From a virus (lineage: Duplodnaviria; Caudoviricetes): 36,490 nt of DNA. Made by a program: the position numbers and the translations under genes. The stretch covers positions 1-36,490 of the IMG/VR virus record IMGVR_UViG_3300031965_000092; one strand, written 5' to 3'. How positions within the stretch are numbered: position 1 is the first letter of the stretch; each line of letters opens with the position of its first letter. Shown piece after piece: positions 5,814 to 12,931 of this stretch. Below the pieces are notes generated by a model. The model worked only from the letters and a program-made list of their open reading frames with translations, was not told the origin of the DNA and ran no database searches.

Positions 5814-6037
5814 GAAAAAGCGACAACATAAAATTAGAAACAGCCGCCCAAGTTATGCGAGCATTTCTCAAAGGTCACAAGTTAATAAATAGTGAGTACC
5901 ATGATGATACTGGCGAACAATATTTATATCTTTCTGACACGGGTATGATTTGCGAAGAAGATGGCGCAGGAGCAAAGGCGAATCGTGTGCCTATTTGTAT
6001 GCGGTCTGAGGATACTTGGTGGGAGATATTAGAATGA
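5810..6037 (+). CDS. Hypothetical protein, possibly divergent DUF2829-like
   Basis: AQVMRAFLKGHKL...WWEILE; coupled to neighbours. Confidence 0.6.
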   Translation: MRKSDNIKLETAAQVMRAFLKGHKLINSEYHDDTGEQYLYLSDTGMICEEDGAGAKANRVPICMRSEDTWWEILE

Positions 6038-6252
6038 AAACAGTAACAACAAAAATAATATGCGATAGCTGTGGTGCAGACATCTCGCCTCAAGCAACAG
6101 GTTATCCAGCCGTATATATATTAAAGGTTACAGCGGAAAATGTTGCACGACATACAGAGAATAGTGTGGTTTTTGCAGTTCATAGCTACCCGCCAATTGA
6201 ACATGATTTATATTTTTGCAATTTGGAATGTATGAGGAAATACAACGAATGA
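6034..6252 (+). CDS. Zinc-finger protein
   Basis: ICDSCG...FCNLEC. Confidence 0.7.
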   Translation: MKTVTTKIICDSCGADISPQATGYPAVYILKVTAENVARHTENSVVFAVHSYPPIEHDLYFCNLECMRKYNE

Positions 6253-6488
6253 ACCACAGTGAAGATGATTGCTATCAAGATGGAATCCGCTTGCCCCTAG
6301 CGACTGACCAAAGCGAGCAATTAAAACGCCACTTCGAAGCCTGTACGCTACTAGGCGAAGCACAGGGTATGCTTAATGGGATTGTATGGTCAGTTCAATT
6401 CCAGAATGACGAGCATAAGAAGTTAGCCGAGAATAACGTTAAGCGATGGGCGGATAAGGTTGAGAAATTTATGGAGATGACGGAATGA
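6249..6488 (+). CDS. Hypothetical protein
   Basis: ATGA coupling. Confidence 0.65.
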   Translation: MNHSEDDCYQDGIRLPLATDQSEQLKRHFEACTLLGEAQGMLNGIVWSVQFQNDEHKKLAENNVKRWADKVEKFMEMTE

Positions 6489-6700
6489 CAGATAAACCAC
6501 TATTATCACCTGACATACAAAAATGGATGGAAGACGAGCTTCTTAGAATACAGGTTGAGATGTACCTTCTAGGAAAAAAAGACATTCTTGGTTCACTACT
6601 TGACGCGCTAGAGTCACTGTCTGAAATTAATTTTAATAAACCTAATATTCTAATGCTTGTGCGAAAATGCAAAGAACAATTGGAGAAAAGGAATGACTAA
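6485..6700 (+). CDS. Hypothetical protein
   Basis: GGAG RBS; ATGA coupling. Confidence 0.65.
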   Translation: MTDKPLLSPDIQKWMEDELLRIQVEMYLLGKKDILGSLLDALESLSEINFNKPNILMLVRKCKEQLEKRND

Positions 6701-7556
6701 CGAAAAATTAGAGTGGGAAAATTATTGTGTAAATACACATAGATTAAAAGTTGAAGGTGGTTATTTATATCTCCATATTGGAAATGTTAATAATACAATG
6801 TGTTTCGTTCCTGATGCGCCAAAGATATTAGATTGCTTAGAATGCGGAAAAAAGTTAACTGACGATCACAATTGCGACCCGCAACCTAACGGGGCGCAGG
6901 ATGGGGATATTCAAGAACAGTTAAATGAGTTAAGAAAGATAGTATCTAATATTGTTAAGCGACAGCTTGAATATCATAATAAAGAAAATGAATTGTTGAA
7001 CAAAGTAGCTGAACTCTCCATGAAGTTAAGCAAGATGCAATCCGACCTACGCGAGTTCGAGAAGCAGAAGGTTGACGTATTACGCGATACGATACATGGG
7101 CAAGATATTAGAGTAGAGAAGATGTTTCAGCGCATCGAGAAGCTAGAAACACATGTTAATGAATTAGATAAACAATCTGAAATATTAGCCATGGAATGTT
7201 TGAGTGATAACCCCAATGCTTTAGAGCGCATCGAGAAACTGGAATCTAAAACTACTATCATTCCCGATTTTGATGTAACGATGAAACAATATGAGGGAAT
7301 TTGTGGTCAATTAGATATTTTTAGTTTGCGCATTCAAAACCTAGAACAACACAAAGAATATCAGATAACGGAAAACCGCGCTGAGAGCAAGCATCTTGAT
7401 GAGATTGAAAAGCGCATTGAGAAACTGGAATCCATACGCTCCAATGACCAGGTATTCCACGACGAGTTAGTCCAGCATGAGCATAGGATTAAGCAATTAG
7501 AGCAACGCCAAAACCCACTGAACTATACGATGCCTAGCGAAGGTAACTGCACATGA
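6693..7556 (+). CDS. FVPD-domain + CxxC + long coiled-coil protein with RIEKLE repeats
   Basis: N-terminal WENYCVNTHRLKVEGGY..MCFVPD; RIEKLE x3, RIQNLE, RIKQLE. Confidence 0.75.
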   Translation: MTNEKLEWENYCVNTHRLKVEGGYLYLHIGNVNNTMCFVPDAPKILDCLECGKKLTDDHNCDPQPNGAQDGDIQEQLNELRKIVSNIVKRQLEYHNKENELLNKVAELSMKLSKMQSDLREFEKQKVDVLRDTIHGQDIRVEKMFQRIEKLETHVNELDKQSEILAMECLSDNPNALERIEKLESKTTIIPDFDVTMKQYEGICGQLDIFSLRIQNLEQHKEYQITENRAESKHLDEIEKRIEKLESIRSNDQVFHDELVQHEHRIKQLEQRQNPLNYTMPSEGNCT

Positions 7557-7780
7557 CTGACTTAACCTATGAAAAACTCGAAGAAGTAATTAGCTTTTTT
7601 AATAAAACATCCCAGACGAGGGGCTTCCAGATGAGCGATAGAGACAAGTATGTTGAGCTGCTAGAGTTTGTTAAAATGATTGCTCAACCAGAGGCTAGAA
7701 AATTCACGCAGGAATACGGGGACGTGGCAGAGATACTACTTAAAGAAATTGGAGAGTACCGAATCAATGAAACTAGATAA
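7553..7780 (+). CDS. Hypothetical protein, LLEFV paralogue family (alternative start 7631)
   Basis: DKYVELLEFVKMIA...AEILLKEIG. Confidence 0.65.
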   Translation: MTDLTYEKLEEVISFFNKTSQTRGFQMSDRDKYVELLEFVKMIAQPEARKFTQEYGDVAEILLKEIGEYRINETR

Positions 7781-7919
7781 ATATAATGAATTATTAAAGT
7801 TTGTTATGGAATTAAGCATTGATCCTTGTATGTGCATCTTTAAAGATCAAAGATGCTATTCATGCGAGGCAATGGAACTTCTGGATAAATTAAAAGTTGG
7901 AATGCAATTAAATGAGTGA
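7767..7919 (+). CDS. Hypothetical protein, LLEFV paralogue family with Cys insert
   Basis: DKYNELLKFVMELS..CMC..CYSCEAMELLDKL. Confidence 0.65.
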   Translation: MKLDKYNELLKFVMELSIDPCMCIFKDQRCYSCEAMELLDKLKVGMQLNE

Positions 7920-8005
7920 CCTAGCCAAACAAAAAATAACCTATCACCATCCGCCACCATCCGCTACACTAGTATTATTAGTAACCAACCAAGGATGTTA
8001 AGGAA

Positions 8006-8212
8006 ATGAAATTAGAACAAGGAACTGTTAAGTTTTTCAACAATGAGCGTGGCTATGGATTTATCAATCGCGATAACGGTCAAGATGTATTCGTGCATTA
8101 CAAAGGCATCGCCGGCGATGGATACCGAACACTAGCAGAAGGCCAGCGCGTCGAATTTAGAGTCACCCAAGGCCAAAAAGGATTGCAAGCGGAGGATGTC
8201 AAGGAGGTGTAA
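8006..8212 (+). CDS. Cold-shock domain protein (CspA family)
   Basis: GTVKFFN, RNP1 RGYGFI, RNP2 DVFVHY, GQKGLQA. Confidence 0.95.
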   Translation: MKLEQGTVKFFNNERGYGFINRDNGQDVFVHYKGIAGDGYRTLAEGQRVEFRVTQGQKGLQAEDVKEV

Positions 8213-8431
8213 TTGCGCCCACGCATCAATGGCAATGAGTTAAAGTCAGGCATACTTTATGCATTTGACCACATACTCAAGATGCAACGACGCACGAATC
8301 ATCCTGAGGCAAAGCGCACCTATGCCATGATTTTAGCTTCCTTGTATCGCGAAATGATCAGAATGGGAGCAATCGATGCCGAAAATACACAGTACCATCG
8401 AGATCAGCACACAGGGTTGCCAAGGGAGTGA
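8213..8431 (+). CDS. Hypothetical protein
   Basis: AGGAGGT RBS with TTG start. Confidence 0.6.
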   Translation: MRPRINGNELKSGILYAFDHILKMQRRTNHPEAKRTYAMILASLYREMIRMGAIDAENTQYHRDQHTGLPRE

Positions 8432-8438
8432 TTGCAAC

Positions 8439-8669
8439 ATGCCTAAACGGATTAGGAGACATCGGGTAAACCACGGCCAAGCACAGGGTGAACCCCATTC
8501 CCACCACTACAAATCAACTGCCACATCGGATAAGAATCGGTTCTTTCATGGTGTGCAAAATAAAAACCAAGGCGTCACCCAAAATGTCTCAGTCAACGTA
8601 CAACTAGAAAAAGAAGATAGCTGCATTAAAGACTGCTTTGCCGGTTTGGTCAGCTGCTTTAGGAGATGA
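8439..8669 (+). CDS. Basic, His-rich protein with Cys-rich C-terminal helix
   Basis: GGAG RBS; MPKRIRRHR...DSCIKDCFAGLVSCFRR. Confidence 0.6.
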   Translation: MPKRIRRHRVNHGQAQGEPHSHHYKSTATSDKNRFFHGVQNKNQGVTQNVSVNVQLEKEDSCIKDCFAGLVSCFRR

Positions 8670-8670
8670 A

Positions 8671-8946
8671 ATGCCAGAAACAACCATCATGAATATGCAA
8701 ACCCACATCGATAGCCTCCAAAAACGCCTCTCACAGGTCGAAAAGCTTTTCACCCACCTCATGCAACTCCAATTGCGTTTAGACACGCTAGAGTTCAATT
8801 CTGAGCTTCCTGTGCAACCATCCAGTGCCGAGCGTCTAGCTAGCATGGAACGCCGCCAGAAAAAGCTTGAGAGCTTACTAAGACCAGTGCTTGGTGAGCG
8901 ATTTGATAAATTCTTAAACGATGAAGGACTAAGCTATGAAGGATAA
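8671..8946 (+). CDS. Coiled-coil hypothetical protein
   Basis: AGGAG RBS; heptad pattern. Confidence 0.65.
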   Translation: MPETTIMNMQTHIDSLQKRLSQVEKLFTHLMQLQLRLDTLEFNSELPVQPSSAERLASMERRQKKLESLLRPVLGERFDKFLNDEGLSYEG

Positions 8947-8989
8947 GAAAAAGAGCAAGAAGCCGCCTAGGCCGAAGAGAGGTTACTAG
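8936..8989 (+). CDS. Basic micropeptide MKDKKKSKKPPRPKRGY
   Basis: AAGGA RBS; overlaps the previous stop; precedes the structured rep leader. Confidence 0.35.
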   Translation: MKDKKKSKKPPRPKRGY

Positions 8990-9000
8990 GATATAATCCA

Positions 9001-9107
9001 AACCAGCCATAATAGATGCTATGGCTGGTTAATACGGATAGCTTGGAATTAAGCGAGGAAACTTAATTTTAAGCTATCTCTTTAAAAATTACAATACGGA
9101 GATAGCT
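9001..9107 (+). promoter_or_regulatory. Structured leader with alternative RBS-sequestering pairing
   Basis: 11-bp hairpin 9001-9030; 17-bp hairpin 9037-9078; AGCTATCTC(9072-9080) is also complementary to GAGATAGCT(9099-9107). Confidence 0.6.
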
Positions 9108-9848
9108 ATGTCTAAAGAAAAAATCATTTCTAACCAAAGCGGAATGAATGATGAAGTTGTAATCAAGCCAAAAAGAAATAATTTCACAATAGTGTCAAAC
9201 AAAATTGGCAACAATATTAAAAATGGTGATGCATTTTTGCTCTGGTTTTACTTAACCTCAAAAACTGATAATTGGAAAGTCATTAAATCTCATTTGTGTT
9301 CACATTTTGGATGGTCAATGAAAAAGCTTAACCATTTGTTCCAAGTGTTATGTGGCCATCAATTAGCAAAAACGTATCAGCTAAAAGCAGAAAAGGGGAA
9401 ATTTGGAAAGTACATGATTGAGATTCATGATGGTGAAAATTTCGTTGAATTCGATGAAAAAACACTTGTGGATAAGTCTAAAAAAACCAAAAAAATCAAC
9501 ACTCCTCACCGCTATCCCAAAAACCGCAAAGCGGTAAAACCGCTAAGCGGCAAAAGCACAGCTACTAAATACTGTATTACTACCAAAGATCCTAAAGAAC
9601 AAAATAAAGAAAAAGCTTTTAAGACAAAAGCTGTGGATAACTCCACAAATCTTAAAAACCTAAAAGCGCAAAACAAGGTAAAGCATTCATGGGCGCCTAT
9701 GGCTAACGAAAAAGCTGCCATTGAAAAACATGAGAAGCTAAAGCAAGAATCGTGCAGCAAAGAAACCATACAGTTTGTAAGAGGTATTTTTGCTAAACCA
9801 GAACTAACAGGGGATCAAAATGAAATCGATTGGGGATTGGATAGATAA
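9108..9848 (+). CDS. Putative replication initiator (winged-HTH N-terminus), stand-alone
   Basis: NNFTIVSN..AFLLWFYLTSKTDNW pattern; Lys-rich linker holding repeats and DnaA boxes. Confidence 0.65.
   Translation: MSKEKIISNQSGMNDEVVIKPKRNNFTIVSNKIGNNIKNGDAFLLWFYLTSKTDNWKVIKSHLCSHFGWSMKKLNHLFQVLCGHQLAKTYQLKAEKGKFGKYMIEIHDGENFVEFDEKTLVDKSKKTKKINTPHRYPKNRKAVKPLSGKSTATKYCITTKDPKEQNKEKAFKTKAVDNSTNLKNLKAQNKVKHSWAPMANEKAAIEKHEKLKQESCSKETIQFVRGIFAKPELTGDQNEIDWGLDR
9467..9640. promoter_or_regulatory. Putative origin: DnaA boxes flanking palindromic iterons
   Basis: TGTGGATAA at 9467-9475 and 9632-9640; AAAACCGCAAAGCGGT/AAAACCGCTAAGCGGC in tandem at 9520-9551; A-rich surroundings. Confidence 0.6.
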
Positions 9849-9857
9849 AGCTGTTTT

Positions 9858-9894
9858 AAAAAAAGCCCAATGTTCCCCCATGGAACATCAGGCT
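9858..9894 (-). terminator. Intrinsic terminator ending the late operon
   Basis: AGCC..ATGTTCC/GGAACAT..GGCT stem followed by T7 on the minus strand; between convergent genes. Confidence 0.75.
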
Positions 9895-9900
9895 ATCTTG

Positions 9901-10161
9901 TTAAGCCGCTTTGGTTTTGGCTTCTATATCTTTGGCTGGCTGACTTATTGACTCTTTAGGCAGCTTGGCTTCCAGCGCGTTTAGCTTAAGGCCAAGATCA
10001 CGAACATGCTGTTGAAGCTCAATGACACCGGCTTGGCTATTCATGAGCTCTTGGGTAAGACTCGAGATATGCTGATTGCGTGCTTGCATGTGCATGGATA
10101 AGCCTTTGTTGTGCTTCTCTAATTTGACTATTTGTGCTTTTAAGTTTTCTAACTCTGACAT
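9901..10161 (-). CDS. Coiled-coil protein downstream of tail fibre
   Basis: GGAG RBS; heptads. Confidence 0.7.
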   Translation of the reverse strand: MSELENLKAQIVKLEKHNKGLSMHMQARNQHISSLTQELMNSQAGVIELQQHVRDLGLKLNALEAKLPKESISQPAKDIEAKTKAA

Positions 10162-10217
10162 TTTATTACTCCACTTGGTTAATTAAATTTATTTCTCATC
10201 TTCCACCGCATCGACTG

Positions 10218-10541
10218 CTAGGCGATCACTTCCGCTTCAAGGCTATCAAGATAGTCGCTGAATGTGAGTGCAGGGTTCTTTTCGCGCATCATGATATATA
10301 AGCCTTTTAAGCATATATCCAGTAATCTATTTTCATTCCTAATTTCTTTCCTTACATTTTCTTGTTTTTCACTATCAAAAACCAAGCGATCAACCACATT
10401 TCTAGCGGCTAATCGCTGTTCCTCTGTAGCTTCTGACTTGAAGTGTATAGTCCATTTGCTTTTGTCATTTGGATTGCTAATAGAGACACCTGAAATGGGG
10501 CATACTTTACGAACTTCTTTGTCTACATATCTTGTAAGCAT
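10218..10541 (-). CDS. Fibre-associated hypothetical protein (possible assembly chaperone)
   Basis: Directly follows the fibre; CPISGVSI..DKSKW..ATEEQR. Confidence 0.6.
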   Translation of the reverse strand: MLTRYVDKEVRKVCPISGVSISNPNDKSKWTIHFKSEATEEQRLAARNVVDRLVFDSEKQENVRKEIRNENRLLDICLKGLYIMMREKNPALTFSDYLDSLEAEVIA

Positions 10542-10551
10542 AAAATAAGTC

Positions 10552-12924
10552 CTATGATGATTTGATTAATATAAACTGCATGACAGGCGTATTTTCTGCT
10601 GCACCATTAGCGGTTAATGTACCTGCACCAGTAAACCATTGCATAGTAACAGTATGACTTGCATCATCGCCATTTATTAAAGCCAACGCCACGTTGGAAT
10701 TTCTTACATTTACCACAATTGTTTCTACAACGCTGAATCCTACAAGCGCAGCTGCTACTGAGTCATAAATTCCTAATCCTGCTGATGCTACGTTAGTACC
10801 TTGGGTATTAAGAGTGGCAATAACAAATAATTTATAGCCGGATGGTATGACCACGGTATAGGTGAGGTTAGTAGCATCAACATCAACATAAGATGTGCTC
10901 GTTGTTGCATAATTTCCTGTTGTCTGTCCAAGCACCCTAGTACATGTCGGAGTTGGGTAAGATAAATTATCAGCATATGCCTTAATACTTTGCTGTGTGG
11001 CGAGAGCCGTTGGCGAGTCTGAATTGAGGTCATCTTCATCGAGGATTGTAGTGACACGGCTATTAGCTCCACCCATGCGAACGCCAGAATCAGATATGTC
11101 TAAGCGACTTGACCCACCCGTCTGGAAGTCTTGCGTATCAGTACCAAACTCAATCTGGTTATCCGCATCACCGGAATGGCGAATGTATTGCTCAACTATA
11201 ACAACGGCAGAACCAAGCTGTATCTCACCAGTACCGTCTGGATCAATGATGACATTTCCATTTGTGTCCGTGCTTGATAACGTATTGCCATCTAACCGCA
11301 AATTATCAACATTGACTTGGGTAAAATCGCCAACATCAGGCGTTGTACCACCAATGGTTGTACCATCAATCGCACCACCCGTGATCGCAACTGAGTTCGC
11401 AGCTTGAGTCGCCATCGTATCAAGGCCAAGGTTCGTTCTTGATGTGGATGCACTATCCACATCAGATAAGTTATTCGATTGCAGTAACGCGCCAGCTTGC
11501 GCCATCTCGCCAAAGGTAATATCAGTCGTTCCCACTGTAATGGCGGCCGTTTGCGTCATCATCCATTCTGTTCGACCATTCACAGTGCCTGAAACAACAG
11601 CAAACTTATCCCCTGCCTGCATGTCAGCCGCTTCGTCATAGTCGGTTGCTCTGGTAGCCACCCAATCCGTAGATCCGTCACCTTCCACCGTCAAGTCATA
11701 CACACCATTTTCCAAAGCATTTGCCTGATCTTTGAGTATCAATCGTGCGCCTGCTGATGGTGTTGCGCCATCAATGCTAAAAGCTGCTTGCGCCCCAGAA
11801 TTAGTAAGTGTTGCACCGACACCAGATGATACATTGTCATAAGTAGCTGTATATGCGCTTGTAGACGCATAGTTAACAGCAACATGTGTATTCTCAATCA
11901 AATTATCGACATAGTTCTTGGTGGTGTAATCACTGCCGAGTGTGGGCGATCCGGCATTGGTGATCTTGTTCGTACCCATGTCAATATCACCAGCCATCGT
12001 GCCGCCAGCTAGAGGCAATGCGCCTAGTGTGGTTAGCATCGCAGCCGTTGTGGCATCATCCAAAACCGATCTTGCAGCAGCCGTTAACCCTGTTACCGCA
12101 TAGGCATTAGACCCTATGGTATAGATCATCTTATCCGCAGCTGTGGTCAAACCATCAATGCTGGTCAACGGCGCTGATATGGATAGCAAACCAGTGGTCG
12201 TCGTGCTTTTTAATATGCCAGTGGATAACGCCGCTAAGAACTGACCGTTAGGCAACGTACCATTATCCGTCTGCGCAATTAATGTGGCTTCATTGAAATC
12301 CTGTACGCTCTTATCAGCCACACTACCCTGATCTTCCAATCCAATCATGGACGCGCCTTCGTTCGCGCTGTGTGATGCTAATTCCGCTTCTAATGCGGCA
12401 GCACTTTGGGATGGGTCATACAATACCGCTTCAATCGCTGTTCCCGTTTCATTCATCTGCCATACTTGATTGACGCCAAGAATAGGTAAAATTAAATCCT
12501 TGGATGCAACAATTGCTGAGTGAGGATATTGAGGTGTCAATAAATCAAGGTCAGCCAGTATGGTCTGGTAAATCAATACCAGATTATCAAATTCAGTGTT
12601 TAAGCTAACAGCTGATAATGTGCCACTAGGTGTAAAGCTTGTTTGACGTATGGGAGGCTCATTACCTTGCAGTGTGACAATATCGCCAGTCGTTGCACCA
12701 ACAACCAGTGTAATAATGCCCGGACTAGGTGCTGTGCCATCTAATGTGACTGTGTAGTCGGTTGTTAGCGTTAATAAGTCTGCCGCATCATCAGGGTCTG
12801 AGCCTGCTGCACGCTGATAGACTAAAATATTATCTTCATCATCAATATCAAACGGGAACGTAAATTCTGTCTGACTTGATGTCGCCGTATATTGCGCTCG
12901 CGCTTCCTGATTAATAACTGTCAT
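10552..12924 (-). CDS. Tail fibre protein
   Basis: T7 gp17-type N-terminal adaptor (QYTATSSQTEFTFPF..LTLTTDYTV); Gly/Thr/Ala-rich shaft; position after internal virion genes. Confidence 0.85.
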   Translation of the reverse strand: MTVINQEARAQYTATSSQTEFTFPFDIDDEDNILVYQRAAGSDPDDAADLLTLTTDYTVTLDGTAPSPGIITLVVGATTGDIVTLQGNEPPIRQTSFTPSGTLSAVSLNTEFDNLVLIYQTILADLDLLTPQYPHSAIVASKDLILPILGVNQVWQMNETGTAIEAVLYDPSQSAAALEAELASHSANEGASMIGLEDQGSVADKSVQDFNEATLIAQTDNGTLPNGQFLAALSTGILKSTTTTGLLSISAPLTSIDGLTTAADKMIYTIGSNAYAVTGLTAAARSVLDDATTAAMLTTLGALPLAGGTMAGDIDMGTNKITNAGSPTLGSDYTTKNYVDNLIENTHVAVNYASTSAYTATYDNVSSGVGATLTNSGAQAAFSIDGATPSAGARLILKDQANALENGVYDLTVEGDGSTDWVATRATDYDEAADMQAGDKFAVVSGTVNGRTEWMMTQTAAITVGTTDITFGEMAQAGALLQSNNLSDVDSASTSRTNLGLDTMATQAANSVAITGGAIDGTTIGGTTPDVGDFTQVNVDNLRLDGNTLSSTDTNGNVIIDPDGTGEIQLGSAVVIVEQYIRHSGDADNQIEFGTDTQDFQTGGSSRLDISDSGVRMGGANSRVTTILDEDDLNSDSPTALATQQSIKAYADNLSYPTPTCTRVLGQTTGNYATTSTSYVDVDATNLTYTVVIPSGYKLFVIATLNTQGTNVASAGLGIYDSVAAALVGFSVVETIVVNVRNSNVALALINGDDASHTVTMQWFTGAGTLTANGAAENTPVMQFILIKSS

Positions 12925-12931
12925 CGCTTCC

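Noticed and set aside
7945-7975. CACCATCCGC tandem duplication before csp
   Set aside because: Only two 10-bp copies with no further support
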